Both the position numbers and the translations under genes were made by a program. From assembly GCF_006345805.1 (NCBI RefSeq), contig NC_042997.1, positions 8,680,001 through 8,744,000 of the forward strand: a stretch of DNA of 64,000 nucleotides, read 5' to 3'. This DNA comes from Octopus sinensis. Taxonomy: Eukaryota. A model generated the notes under the pieces. The model was not told where the DNA came from. It made no database searches and worked only from the letters and a program-made list of their open reading frames with translations. Positions 49,162 through 63,277 of this stretch are shown one piece after another (the stretch's first letter is position 1; the number at the start of each line of letters is the position of its first letter).

Positions 49162-49580
49162 GTGTGCCAGTGGAACATTAAAAGCACCATCAAAGTGTGT
49201 TCATTGCCAGGACTGCTGACTGGCTACCGTGCCGGTGGCACGTAAAAAGCACAATTCGAGCGTGATCATTATCAGTGTTGCCTTACTGGCACATGTGGCG
49301 GGGGGCACATGAAAAACAACATTCGGGCGTGGTCATTGCCAGTGATGCCAGACTGGTTCCCATGCAGGTAGCACGTAAAAAAGTCCTTTTAAACATGGTC
49401 ATTGCCAGAACTGCCTGACTGGCCCTCGTGCCAGTGGCATGTAAAAGCACCCACTACACTCTTGGAGTGGCTGGCATTAGGAAAGGCATTCAGCTGCAGA
49501 AACCATGCCAGATCAGATTGGAGCCTGGTGCAGCCTTCTAGCTCACCAGTCCTCAGTCAAAGTGATGACGATGTTGATGA
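49162..49580 (+). mobile_element. RTE 3' UTR-family fragment with ~4-5 internal repeats
   Basis: Repeated GGCACGTAAAAAGCAC / GTGGTCATTGCCAG units, then GGCATTAGGAAAGGCATTCAGCTG. Confidence 0.8.
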
Positions 49581-49712
49581 TAAGTAAATATGAGAGCAAT
49601 AGTACAATTAAAATACAATCACTAGTGGCAAGCAAATACTAGCTGTGGCATAGAAAATTTTAAACTTTTATTCTTAGTGATGCAGATACTCATATAGTAC
49701 CCTTCTGTATAT

Positions 49713-49773
<61 letters not shown>

Positions 49774-49777
<4 letters not shown>

Positions 49778-49903
49778 ATCAAAATAAGCAACAAGAACGA
49801 CTCTGGTAATTTGGTACGATCGTTTCATACTACATCATTTTATGTAGTACGAAACGATCGTACCAAATTACCGGAGTCACTCTTGTTGCTTATTTTGATT
49901 ATA
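49774..49903. repeat. 62-bp-arm hairpin, 4 mismatches, 6-nt loop
   Basis: 49774-49835 versus 49842-49903; loop CATTTT. Confidence 0.95.
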
Positions 49904-49998
49904 ATCACCCCAAGGATTTTTATGGATAACACCATACAAAATTCTAGTGCATCTAAATTAAGTACCATATTCATTTGAATCTAAATTTTTGTGAACTT

Positions 49999-50271
<273 letters not shown>

Positions 50272-50384
50272 CATGTATATTTTATACTTATATGTGTGTG
50301 TGTGCATGAGTGTGTATATATATTAAATAATATAAGATAACAAGGCCAAGGCAATGTGATGCTATTGCATATATATATATAAAC

Positions 50385-50720
50385 TAAGAATCTGGTCTAT
50401 AGATGTAAAGTTATCTTGGAGAGAAGAGAATACTTTTATATATGGGCTAGCTCTCTTTTTTCAAAAAATCCTTTAGAGATGGGGAAAAAATTAAAAAATG
50501 TAAGCCTAAGTAAACTAATTTGGTCAAACGAAAAACAATATCTATTCTACTGACTGGGAAGTAATTAGTTCTGATAATATTGAGTAAGAGGAGATAGATG
50601 CGACTTTTGTGTAGAGGAGCTTTACCAAATATTTACATCAAAACAAAACATTAATTTATACAAGATACGAACAAGCACAGCTGAATCTTTAAGAGATATA
50701 AAGATAATTCCAGATAGCCA
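50385..50720 (+). mobile_element. Degenerate Penelope GIY-YIG remnant
   Basis: TKNLVYRCKV...YFYIWAS and later FCVEELYQIF resemble the PLE endonuclease layout. Confidence 0.5.
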
Positions 50721-51179
50721 ACACCACAGCAACAATTGGGTTTCATATAACAAATACAACCTAAATATAAAACTATTTAATAACCATCATTAATTAATTA
50801 AAGACAAAGACCATGCACAATGTACAGCACAAATAATGAGCAGCCCAACCAAAAGAATGAATATAAACAAACAAGAACCCTTCAATACAAGCACTACATG
50901 TGAAATCAAAAATAATGCACACAACCTTTAAAATGGTCAAAGAGCCTTACAAAAACAACAACCTCAACCTTAACCTATTTTAAGACCAAGCCTATCAAGG
51001 ATGACCAAAGGGAGCCTGATGAAGTTGCATCAGCAATATTGCAGGGGTTCATTTGCAACAGTGAGTATTCATTGCAGCAGAAACACGTGTAGGTCATTAT
51101 AACATGTTGCATTTAGCTATAAAATAAATTTTGTTGATGTACAAGTCTCTATTGTATTTCTTATTATTAATATCTATAT

Positions 51180-51204
51180 ATATATGTATATGTATATGTA
51201 TATG

Positions 51205-51279
<75 letters not shown>

Positions 51280-51287
51280 ATATATAT

Positions 51288-51318
<31 letters not shown>

Positions 51319-51326
51319 GATAGATA

Positions 51327-51361
<35 letters not shown>

Positions 51362-51362
51362 T

Positions 51363-51416
<54 letters not shown>
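51180..51416. repeat. (TCTA)n-(TA)n-(TAGA)n inverted compound microsatellite
   Basis: Directly visible. Confidence 0.97.
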
Positions 51417-51417
<1 letters not shown>

Positions 51418-51685
51418 TTCGTTTACTTGCTTCAGTCATTTGACTGCAGCCATGCTGGAGCATTGCATTTTCAGTCAAACAGATTGACCTCAGGATTTAT
51501 TCTTTGTCCATGTTCAGGCAGTGGGATTTGATTCAAGTGAATCCTTTCCTCATTATAAAAAATCAACATACACAGGCATCACTTGTAAAAAAAAGGAAGA
51601 CTTGTCACAAAATTGGCTGTCATAGCCTTCACACGTGTGGAACTTTCGATCAGGTAATGACAATACTCAAACATGAGTCTGCTGC

Positions 51686-51700
51686 CATCATTTATGTATG

Positions 51701-51736
<36 letters not shown>

Positions 51737-51790
51737 TGTATGTATGTATGTATGTATGTATGTATGTATGTATATGTATGTATGTGTGTG
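51686..51790. repeat. (TATG)n microsatellite
   Basis: Directly visible. Confidence 0.97.
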
Positions 51791-52033
51791 GTGGAGTATG
51801 CATACATATATGTGTGTCTGTGAGTTTATATGTACCCTTATCTTCTTCCTCTGATAGTTGCAAATGAGCATCAACCTCATAGAAGCAATGCTGAGCATTC
51901 CCAGTCTGATCATATGAAATATTGAAAAGCAGTTGAAGGCTGGTTACAGGAATGGCATCCTTCGGTAAAAAATCTACCTCAACAAGCAGTGAAAAATTTA
52001 TATTAAGATGATGATGATATCTTCTGAAGAACT

Positions 52034-52277
52034 CTTTTCTGCAGGTTTTTCTTTCCACGGATGAACCTAATCTTGTTTCTTACTTTTTTTTTTTTTTTAA
52101 TTTCTTTCTGTGATACATGATCCCTTTCGATTGCCTTTTTTTTTCTGATCCTTTTTGATCGGAATTTTACATTTGTTTCCTTTTTTCCCTTTTTTCTTTT
52201 TCCATATTCGAAAAGAAAAGCTCTACATTTGCATTTGTCCCCTCTGTGTTCAGCCCTGTGTGGCCAATAAAGAAAGT
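52034..52277 (+). mobile_element. Tx1/L1-like LINE 3' UTR fragment with 16-bp TSD
   Basis: Ends TTTGTCCCCTCTGTGTTCAGCCCTGTGTGGCCAATAAAGAAAG; TATCTTCTGAAGAACT at 52018-52033 and 52278-52293. Confidence 0.8.
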
Positions 52278-52589
52278 TATCTTCTGAAGAACTATTTTGT
52301 CAAAATACAGTAGTCACCTGTTCTGTCTTATATTCTCTAACATCTGTGCTCTTCTCACATAATGCAGGTGTACTATTTACATGAAAAAGTATATTCAAAC
52401 AGCTATCAACATATTCTATTGTTTCCACAGGAGATCAAAACACATGATAAGCTTGTAGTTTAATCCTTTTTGTCTTATCTTTTCTGTATAATGACAGCAC
52501 TCCTTTTGTCATCCATAACGGTACACATTCTGTTAGACAATAAACAGGGTATCTTGTTATTATTGATATTGTTACTGTTAGTGTAATTG

Positions 52590-52654
52590 CAATCGTCATC
52601 ATCATCATCATTGTCATCATCATCATCATCATCACCATTACTATCATCATCCTT

Positions 52655-52691
<37 letters not shown>

Positions 52692-53295
52692 CCATTACCA
52701 TCATAATCATCATCAGTCATAGTTGTAGTAGTGGTGGCGGCAGCGGTAGTGGTAGTGGTACATTTTTGCTGTTTTTTGTTATTATAAAACCGAATGTTGT
52801 TTTGTTCCTTGTAACATTCTTCAGAATCTTCTCCTTACACGTCCATGCTTCTTTAATCTTTTGATAGTTTTTGTATTGTATGCAATGATGCTCATTAAAA
52901 TCATTCTAATAATTACCATCATAATCCATCATCATCATCATCATTATCATCATCAACATCTTCATTTTTTGCCATCACCATCATCACCCACACAATCACT
53001 GTTGGCATTAACATCAGCATTATCATCGTCATCATCATCATCATCATCATCATCATAACTATTGGTGTGTCCTAGTTGGATCACTGACTTTACTGTTGTC
53101 AACATCATCACCTCTTCCCTCCCTACTGGTTCATCATTAATGACATCATCGTCGTCATCATCATCATCACTGCTGAACCATTATTAATGATGTCATCATC
53201 ATCATCATCATCATCATCATTACCATTCTCCTCCTCCTCCTCATCATCATCATCATCACCACCACCACCACCACCACCATCATCATCATCATTCC
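52590..53295. repeat. Extended (CAT)n/(CAC)n/(CCT)n low-complexity tract
   Basis: Directly visible degenerate trinucleotide runs. Confidence 0.92.
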
Positions 53296-53805
53296 TGTCA
53301 AAGTCTTAACATTGTTCTTATCGCAAAACATCAATGTCATTTTTCATATGCCACTACTTCTACATATTTCCAGTCTTTTGAAAAGGTCATCCTTTCCTGC
53401 TAATCTGAAATATCAAGATATCCTTGGATTTAATGTATGACATTTAATTTTTGTTTTGGCTAATATTAAAGATTTCTCAGCATTAAGAGATAAGACATCG
53501 ATAAGAAAAACCTTCCATAAAGAAAGTTAACTTGTATACATGATTTATTTTTACTGAAAAATTTGCATCACTTTAAAATAAAAATATTTTTATAAAGGTT
53601 TTTGATACAAAATTATTATCTAAATTATTCCCATAAACAACATATTCTTCAAAATAAAACTATTTTTACCTTTCAAGCAAGTATGTCTGTTTATTTTCTT
53701 TTACTTTCTTTATTTCTCTCTCTATAACAGATATAATAATAAATTCATTTTTTTTCCCAAATAGCTTATATAAAAGATGGTGTGTGCATATACATATATA
53801 TATAT

Positions 53806-54362
53806 CATCATCATCATCATCGTCGTTTAACGTCCGTTCTCCATGCTAGCATGGGTTGGACGGTTCGACCGGGGTTCTGGGAAGCCAGAAGGCTGCACCA
53901 GGCTCCAGTCTAATTTGGCAATGTTTCTACAGCTGGATGCCCTTCCTAACGCCAACCACTCCGTGAGTGTAGTGGGTGCTTTTAACGTGCCACCTGCACA
54001 GGTGCCAGGCGGGGCTGGCAACGGCCACGGTCAGATTGGTGTATTTTATGTGCCACCGGCACGGAACCTCGAGGCGGTGCTGGCATCGGCCACGAGTCGG
54101 ATAGTGCTTTTTACGTACCACCAGACCAGGGATCCTGGCTGGTTCAATTCGATTTCGATTTCGATTTCGATTTCGCTTGCCCCAACATGTCTTCGCAAGC
54201 ATGGGGGGTTGGCATGGGTGTCTGTCGTCGGATGAGGTTCTATATCGACTTCGCTTGCCTCAACCGGTCTTTGTGTCCAAGGGAGGAAAGGCATTCATAA
54301 GTGGGCTGGGCTCACTTGTCCTGCCTGGTCTTCTCACGTACAGAATATTTCCAAAGGTCTCG
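53806..54362 (-). mobile_element. RTE LINE 3' end including last codons of the ORF and the whole 3' UTR
   Basis: Minus strand RDLWKYSVREKTRQDK* (~54315-54362) continues through the repeat-bearing UTR to the (GAT)n tail. Confidence 0.88.
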
Positions 54363-54364
54363 AT

Positions 54365-54526
54365 AATCCAATATACATAAGTATATACATATATATATGC
54401 ATATATAAATATATATACATATATATACATATATATATATATAATATATAATATAATATACATATATATCTATATCTATCTATCGATCTATCTCATCGAT
54501 CTATCTATCTATCTATCTATCTATTT

Positions 54527-54601
<75 letters not shown>

Positions 54602-54640
54602 TACATATATATCTATATCTATCTATGTGTGTGTGTGTAT
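54365..54640. repeat. Compound (TA)n/(TCTA)n/(TC)n microsatellite
   Basis: Directly visible. Confidence 0.95.
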
Positions 54641-55008
54641 AACAGCATTGAGATATATAACATTTAAATTTTGTTTCTCCTTATAGGAATCAAAAAATAA
54701 AATGAATATAGGGCTGCAAATAGAAGTGCTCAAGTAAAAAATACAATGCAAAAGACAAACTCAGTGGTTAAAAAAATAAACATCAGAATTGGGCAAACAA
54801 CTTTACATCATCTCCATATATTCACACCATTGGACACATTACCAGAATGTGGAACCTCTTTGGTGAAGATACTTTTTTTCTTGATGATGGGGCCATTGCC
54901 GGTTTGGTGTTTCAATGTGTTAATGGATTGTTGCGGTGACTCCTGAAAAGGCCGTAGATTTGAATTGCTTCTTGCACTTTGCAATGGATATTATTCGGGA
55001 TTACTTTT

Positions 55009-55335
55009 GATTGGCTTCCATGCCGGTGACACGTAAAAAGCACCATCCGAATGTGGCCGATGCCAGCACCGCCTTGACTGGCTTCCATGCCAGTGGCATG
55101 TAAAAAGCACCAATCTGATCGTGGCCGTTGCCAGCCTTGCCTGGCACGTAAAAAGCACTGACTACACTCACGGAGTGATTGGCGTTAGGAAGAACATCCA
55201 GCTGTAGAAACACTGCCAGATCAGACTGGAGCCTGGTGCAGCCTACTGTCTTCCCAGATCCCCGGTCGAACCGTCCAACCCATGCTAGCATGGAGAACGG
55301 ACGTTAAACGATGATGATGATGATGATGATGATGA
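55009..55335 (+). mobile_element. RTE 3' UTR-family fragment, ~3 internal repeats, (GAT)n tail
   Basis: GACACGTAAAAAGCACC units; CCAACCCATGCTAGCATGGAGAACGGACGTTAAACGATGATG. Confidence 0.88.
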
Positions 55336-55417
55336 CTTTTGCCTTTAATAGTTCAACTATCTTAATTCTTTTTCTATTTTTTAAATTTTTTGTTGCTTTG
55401 CTATATATTAGTAGTGT

Positions 55418-55490
55418 AGGCTACAGTCTAGTCACCTGTATAGTCAATCAGGTGATACATAAAGGAGTCATACCCACTGACTGGTGTATG
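55418..55490 (+). mobile_element. Small RTE RT fragment
   Basis: YSLVTCIVNQVIHKGVIPTDWC matches the RTE 'G.IP.DW' pre-RT motif. Confidence 0.55.
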
Positions 55491-55720
55491 AAGAAACAAA
55501 GCCAATTTCCATGAATTTTCTGAAACTCCTCTTCGCACTCCCCCAGAAACACTTTTTTCAAAACAAATTCATACATAATCAGAGCCTAACCCTTGTACAG
55601 CATATCTGTAGAAAATTACTTTCACACATGTCTATATTTCTGGAGGTTATGTAGAAACATATTCAGTGGGGCACATTTGTGTATGTATGCTCATTGCTTT
55701 AACAATACTAAGGTAACATT

Positions 55721-55937
55721 AAGGCAGCAAGCTGGCAGAAACGTTAGCATGCTGGGTGAAAAGCTTACCCATATTTTGTCAGTCTTTACATTCTGAGTTC
55801 AAACTCTGCCAAGGTTGACTTTACCTTTCATCTTTTAAGGTCGAAAATTAAGTATCATTTGCATACTGGGGTCGATCTAATCAACTGGCCCCTCCCCCTA
55901 AAGATATTTCGGGCATTGTGCCTAAAGTAGAAAAGAA
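55721..55937 (+). mobile_element. tRNA-derived SINE family C with degenerate ~17-bp TSD
   Basis: AAGGCAGCAAGCTGGCAGAAACG head; flanks AATACTAAGGTAACATT / AATACTAAGATTACATC. Confidence 0.85.
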
Positions 55938-56215
55938 AATACTAAGATTACATCACTATTTTATATCTACATATCAGCTTCTTTCACTTTCATTTTGTAT
56001 GCAACAATATTTAATTGTATAACTGCATTTTATATATAAGCAAAGAATATACTTCTTTCTTTGGTTTGCATCAAAATGGGGTCAAAACCTAGAATGAGAT
56101 GGACTTAGTTGTTCACTACACATAAATGTAATACATATGATCACAGTATTTTTTATGATAGTGTGTTTAGTAACAGATACTAACTGTATTAAAAGTGCAT
56201 CATAGTGTGTGTGTG

Positions 56216-56246
<31 letters not shown>

Positions 56247-56499
56247 TGAAATATATGGGCAGAAATAAGGTAGAAGTTTCTCTTGTTTTATAAATGCACA
56301 TTCTCCTAACAGAATTGCAATTCATCTTATAGCCATAAGTTTCCATTATTGATATCCAGGCTTCATTCATACGGCCTGTCTTGTCAGCATTCTTCTCACA
56401 TGCATGCCATATGTATGCTTATACATATATCCTATAGAATATATGATACAATGATATAAGACCAATGTAAAAAATGCCATCTTAAAGTTAGCGTGTTCA

Positions 56500-56815
56500 C
56501 ACTAGTATGTATGTATGTGAGTGTGTGTGCATGTATGTATGTGTGTGCTTGTGTGTGTACACATATATACATGTATATATATTTATATACACATATACAT
56601 ATGTATATATATGTGTATATTTATTTACATATGTATGTATATTTGCATGCATGTATGTGTATGTTTATATATGTTTGGATAATCAATAATATGTATAAAG
56701 AAAATCATATCTTTATTTTAGATGACACCAACAATTGTTTCAGTTGTATTAACATACACACACACACACACACACACACACCACACACACACATATGTGT
56801 TTGTATTCATGTATT

Positions 56816-56862
<47 letters not shown>

Positions 56863-57259
56863 AGTGACAGTGTACTGTTCCATGATGGTAATATCAGCAA
56901 AAAAGTTTTCCATCTGGTGTGAAATAAGTACTATTTAATAAACACAATATATATTTTTATGTGCTACTATTAGTTTCTTATACTGAGAGTATGCCACGTC
57001 TGGTGTCCTTATGATTTTGCTAGGATACCAGACATGTTAAAAAATACTGTCTGACATGCTCTCAGTACATTAAAACTAATAGTTGCACATAAAAACATAT
57101 GTTTATTATACATGTATGGTTCCAAGTTCAGTCCCACTTCATGGCATCTTGGACAAGTCTCTTCTATTCCAGCCTCAGACTGACCAAAACCTTGTGAGTA
57201 AATTTGGTAGATGGAAACTGAAAGAAGCCACTTCTGTGTCTATCTATCTATCTGTTGTC

Positions 57260-57327
<68 letters not shown>

Positions 57328-57347
57328 ATATTATATATATATATAAT

Positions 57348-57408
<61 letters not shown>

Positions 57409-57459
57409 ATACATACATATATATGTGTGTGTTTATGTGTATGTATATGTATATATATA

Positions 57460-57506
<47 letters not shown>

Positions 57507-57610
57507 AAATATATACACGTACACACACACACATATATATATTTATGTAGTTATGTCTGTCTGTCTGTATGTATGTATGTATATATGTATGTATGTCTAT
57601 ACTAACTCTG
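56500..57610. repeat. Microsatellite-rich tract containing a degenerate SINE B 5' half (~57085-57245)
   Basis: (TG)n,(CA)n,(TCTA)n,(TA)n visible; TTCAGTCCCAC...GGCATCTTGGACAAGT...TGGAAACTGAAAGAAGCC. Confidence 0.85.
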
Positions 57611-58029
57611 TGTGAATACAGAAGGAAATCTATTGTTTCAAAATATCTATTACATCATTTTTGCTGGTTGGGGTGACTGATATATTTTACTTGTCTCTTC
57701 TTTACTATGTCTCATAGCCTGGCATTCCATTGCCATCAAAAATAATAATATTTTATCTTTACGCAATGTGACCTAACTGCTGTTAAAGGAAAACTTTGAG
57801 AGGAATTAACAAGAATGTGGCATAAGTGAATTCAAAGACATCAGTCTTTGGTGATGTAACATGAATAGCAATAATATATATTATAATATACACAACTGCT
57901 GCTGACAATCACTTCTAGCAAAATATTTCAAATTTCAACATTCCAGTCAAATAATGGAATTATATTTCTTCATAACTACATTTATGAATATACACTTACA
58001 TAAATATACACACATACCTCTAGACACAG

Positions 58030-58190
58030 ACATAGCTGCGACTGAGAATTCTGCTTCCCAACCAAGATACTATACATGGAATTTTGGGTTCAGTCCCAGT
58101 GCATGATACTTCAGTGTCATATACTAACTGCACTTGGCCAACCAAAGCCTAACTTGTGATCAGGCTTGGTAGACAAAAATTGAAAGCATA
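58030..58190 (+). mobile_element. Degenerate SINE family B 5' half
   Basis: CTTCCCAACC, GGGTTCAGTCCCAG, ACCAAAGCC, TTGGTAGAC modules. Confidence 0.6.
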
Positions 58191-58659
58191 TATATTCATA
58201 CATGTATACATGCATAGTAATTCATATACATATTTACGACCTGAAGGGACACCATATTTCATTAAGCAACTATAATATACTACAAAGTATATTAAACGCT
58301 TTTATAAGTCAATATTGTGTTCCACTGTGTTAGCAGTGCTATTATATTACTTTTTAAGGTTATCTATATATATATATATATTCTCTAGAAATTATAGCCA
58401 GTACTGATTTTGTCATGACGTTTTGTATCAGAGATACTTAATATGAACAACAATGAAATTAAATATCAGAATTGAGTAGTGGAAATATATACCATATTTT
58501 AGGAAATTTTGCTTTTTCCTCAGCACCCATCCAATCCATTAAAAATCCATTAATTCATTGTTTAAATAACCACTAAATATAGCAGTGTAAAAGTTTTTTA
58601 TGTATATCATTGGAATAGTTTAGGGTGTAGGTGGTGGGAGGGGAGTTGTGAAAGATTTA

Positions 58660-60470
58660 CATGTCTAGCTACTAGAAAAATTATTGGTTTGAAAAAGGTT
58701 TTGTGCTTCTATGAAGAGACTATTTCAGAGTTTCAGTTCAGAATTTGGTCTATGCATGTGAGAATGTGATAGAATCCATGTTACAAAATTAGCAGGGATT
58801 GTTATTACCTTGGTATGGTTGTGTGTGTGAGAGTATTTTCCAGTTGATGCTAAACAGTGTTTTTTTTATTTTAATGTCCATATATATTTGAATAGTAATG
58901 TATCATTTTTCCTAATTGGGTTGCAAAAAATGTTGCTTGTATCATGTCTTGAACTGGCTTTCTGTAGATCTTATATATGCAGATATACTAGTTGGTTTCG
59001 TGTTTGAGGTTAGTGTTGCACTATATATGATATATCTTGAGAGGCAGTTTTCTTCTAGAGGGCAACATGAAGGTGTTTGACAATTGTAATTGTTATTATC
59101 TATGTAGTTTAGGTTTTCACTTTTAGACATTTTTGGTGGTTGTAACTGGCTATACTTCTTTCAAAGTTGTTGGTAGTGGAGTATGACAAGTTTACATTGG
59201 GTTTGATTTTTAGTTTGTAGTACTTCTGGTTGAGGTGGAAGTGTTTTTGCAATATCTTGAAAAAATAATTTAGCTATTAGTGTGGAGGCTTGTATGTTGA
59301 AAGGGGGATCAAACTAGATGATTTTTCTTTTTCTAATTTTACATATCTTATTTATTGTGAGAAGTTTGTTATTTATATATTGCACTGTTTTCTTGTAACT
59401 ACTGTCACTGAGAGCTTCGTTATATGGAGTTGATATTTCATTTAGTATTTTTCCATTTAAAGTTAAAGTGGAAAGTTTGGGAGAAATGTTCTTTACTAAA
59501 TTTCTGATAATGCTTTTGGGGTGGTTCTCTATTTATATACTGAATATTTAGGTTATCTTTCTTGAAGGGTTTTTAGATACAGGATTCCTTGCCAAGGGTA
59601 GCATCTAGGAAGTTGACTGATTTTAGTCATGTTACTACTTTAATGGAGAAGCCCAAGTTTTTGAAATAGTAATGTAGTTCCCTTCTAAATTTATTAGTTT
59701 TTTTTTCGTGGATTGTAGTTTCTTAGTAGGAGTTGTCAGCCAGCCCAATATAGACTGACATGAATGAAAATTTGTTGTGCAAGTTTTCTATGTAAAGATC
59801 AACGATGTCACTTACCTTTGTCAAGTCCTTTGATCTTATGCTTACATCAAATGATTCTTCGATGTTTTTCCTAATCCAGAAAGCATTGTTGTGAAAGAGG
59901 AGCTATTTCCCTGCTTGTAATATTATTTCTTTATCAGTGTTGTTTAGGAAAACAGGTTTTGTTATTGACATATAATAATCTTTTATGCCAAACTGAAAGA
60001 AATGACATCCATTTTTGTTTCGGATCTTGTTGAGACAATCTATTACCGTGTAAGTGTTACTCCAGAGAAATAATATCGATTTCGTTTTTCTTTTTGGTGA
60101 GAATTTGCATATGATTTTTTTTACTAATAATGCCTATGTCTGGTTTCACAGGATTTTTTTAGTGTGACAAATGGATTGTTATTGAAGTCTGGTTTGTGGT
60201 CTTTCAAGCTTGTATATGGATATTTTGGTATTAATGTGTCTACTCTATCGTCCATTTTAAGTCTTGTGATTACTTCTTTGTCTGTGGTGTCTATATAATA
60301 TAAAGCTGCATTTCTTTGTGTATGTGTTAGAGACTGTGTTTGAAAGAAAGCAGTTATAAATAGTTAGATTTGTTTCCTTTATCTTATGCATGGTATAAAT
60401 ATCTACTTCACTGTAAGAGATTGGCACATGGATGACTGAGCAATTTAAAGCAGATGGTTTACATGTTTAG
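58660..60470 (-). mobile_element. Degenerate Penelope retroelement (RT + GIY-YIG)
   Basis: DKEIILQAGK.LLFHNNAFWIRK, NFLDATL, NCQTPSCCPLEENCLSRYIIYSATL...YIRSTESQFK; parallels 47030-48470. Confidence 0.8.
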
Positions 60471-60899
60471 GTTTTGAGCAATGCTCTAATCTTACTTTCT
60501 TGCAACACATGGGTTTTTACAGTAAAAAATATTCCTTAATTTTGAAAACAAAAGTATTAATATGTTAACCACCACATCAGAAATATTCTTTTGTAACTCC
60601 TGATGAGTATTGTTGACTGACCTTGAAAATTTACTGAGTTTATTTAATTGATGGTGAATGCACTTAGTTTTGAATTGTCAGTGAGTCCGTCATAGCAAAC
60701 TCCAAAGAAATTGCAGCTTCTAATGATTTCTTCAGTGTGAGAGAGCTACTTTCACTTGAAAGTTATTGCTGAATTCTGTCATTTACAAAGACATATACAA
60801 GAGAGTCTCTTAACCCTTTCATTACTGTATTTATTTTGAGATGCTCTGTGTTTCTTTCAATTTAAATATCACAAAGTATGTTACAAACCTTTCCTCTTC

Positions 60900-61905
60900 C
60901 ACCTGCACTACCACCTTAAAAAAACCACCTTTCCACTTACACTTTTCACTGCTTTCAACCTTCTATTAACCTTTCCCTACTCATTTTCAGAAAAAACATG
61001 CTTCTCTAGCCACGTTTTCTTTCTCAGTCACTGCCTTCATCGCCGCCTCATCCATTTCCACCCCCACTCTCCACTCTGCTTCAAGCATCCTACCCATACT
61101 TCGTACTAGTTCCTACCAGCTTTTGCACACCACCATTCATTCTAATCTCTCCAAAATACATACCATCGACTGCCTTCTCCCTCTTGCTTTTTCCATTTTC
61201 TTCTTCTCCCAGTCGTCCTTCCATGCAAAATCTACTTTACATTACTCAATTCATCAAAATCATCTCCTTCGTACGTAAGCTCCACTCACTCCTCCATTCC
61301 ATCACACCCGATGCCATTAATCCAACTTCCCCCTACCCCCTCCCTCTCTGATATGCTCCCCCAACCTCACCAAACCACCCACAGCCCTCCAACCCCCACA
61401 TATCTATCTCTCATCCCCTCCCTCCTAGCCTTCCACTACCCCACCCCTCCCACTTCTGTTCCATCAGCCCCTTCTCCACTTCGGTCTGTTATCACCATTC
61501 CTCCAGATCTTCTCCTCTCTGAGGTAGAGTGCTCCCTCCTCAGTAAGGGCCTGTGCTTCATCCCATTCACTCCATCCAGCAATGAATTTCGGACTCGTGT
61601 CGATATCCACAGCTTTGTGAACCATGTTACGTTGTGTGCGCTATTCGGTGACATTCCACCTGCATCTAATGAGCAGGACTGCTTCACTGACCTGGGCCAC
61701 CGACCATCCCAGTGGACACCAGCTCCTGGCCAGTTCCAAGCAATCGATCTTTTTGTGGACGTCTGCTAGCGTGCTGTGAACTGGTTTGACTTTTCCATAC
61801 ATTCCCAACATCTGAACATCTCCCCAGCTAAAGTCTCAGCCATTCGATATCTCTGACGCCACAAAGACATTATAAAACCGGCTGACAAGGGTGGAGCTGT
61901 GGTGG
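60900..61905 (+). mobile_element. Penelope-like element N-terminal region (pre-RT)
   Basis: LSEVECSLLSKGLCFIP...QWTP...IDLFV...IIKPADKGGAVV is the characteristic PLE pre-RT signature; truncated afterwards. Confidence 0.85.
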
Positions 61906-63139
61906 AGCCAGTTTCAGCCAGGTTGGTAACAAAAGGGTTAACCTGCCTTCTAAAGTAGTACCATAGATAGAGTATTCAGTCAGTCGACAATTTTCACCTA
62001 ATACTGTGAAACTGTTTCATGGTCACGTTTACTAAATCTAAATTCTTCAGTAATTGCACTGAGTATAAGGTGCTGATGTTCAGCTATTAATTTAATTAGA
62101 TCTGAGTATATATTGTCACTGGTTTTGTTTTGAGCAATAAGGCTGCAGAATATAATTGTGTGTGATATGAAAACTGGGATTGAGAATATCAGATCTCCTA
62201 TGAGTCATAATGATGTGACTGAAACACTATCCAATTCAATTCTCAGGGAAGAAGAGTTCTAAAGATCAAAACATTAGAGTTTATAGAAATGTGGGGAGTA
62301 TACTCACCTATAATCTAAATAAATACAGGTGAAATGTTCAAACCTCAAAATATAAGCCCAACATAACAGTCTTAATGATTTATGCTAAGAAGAGAAAGTA
62401 TGTTATAGTAACAGAAATCAGTTGTCCAACATACGTTAACATAATGTTAATGATAACAAAACCAGAAAACATTTTCTAAACTAATGAGTGATCTGCACGT
62501 GCTATTTGGATATAATTTTAATTTACACCTGCGATGATTTACATCGGTACTTATTTTGATAGGATGGGCTTCACAAAAGCAGAAAGAACAAGATTAATTG
62601 CAAAATTTCCTGCAATTAATGGAGATGCAGAACATTTATAAAACATTCCAGAAATTTAATCTGTAGTATATAAATTAGGCATGTGTGGTGAGAAAATACT
62701 CAGAGTAGCCCAGGCATTAATGAAGTAAATTATAAGAAACAAAAGCCTTACCACTTTGTGGGAAAATGTAATACATACATCATAAAATATATACATACAT
62801 AAAATATACATCTTTGATAAAGAAAAATATTTACATATATACACACACAAACACTCACTAATATGCACTTACACATATATGTTATTGCAGTTGATTGCTA
62901 TTTATGATTGCTTTCGTAGTTATTCAACCATCACCTTCCAAGCATCCTCTTGAAAGTGCGGGTGTATATAATCATCTAGGGTCCTTGAAGAGTTCTCTTT
63001 TTTTTTCTTAAGCATTACAAGCATTTGTAATTAACTAGCAACATTCTTGAAGAGATGATCTTTGCAGTATCCAACTAAATAATACTGATCATTGCTAGTG
63101 AATATTCGGCATCAATGTTTATTCACATACATCTATGTT

Positions 63140-63161
63140 TAGAATTCAAATATATATATAT

Positions 63162-63243
<82 letters not shown>

Positions 63244-63270
63244 GTATGTATATATATCTATCTATCGATC
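63140..63270. repeat. (TA)n/(TATG)n microsatellite
   Basis: Directly visible. Confidence 0.97.
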
Positions 63271-63277
63271 TATCTAT

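Noticed and set aside
52435-53058. Poly-Met/Asp/His/Ser ORFs
   Set aside because: Translations of (CAT)n low-complexity DNA.
61311-61769. Pro-rich 152-aa ORF as a host gene
   Set aside because: Contains the LSKGLxFxP signature and is followed by KPADKGGAVV after stops; a Penelope-like element remnant.
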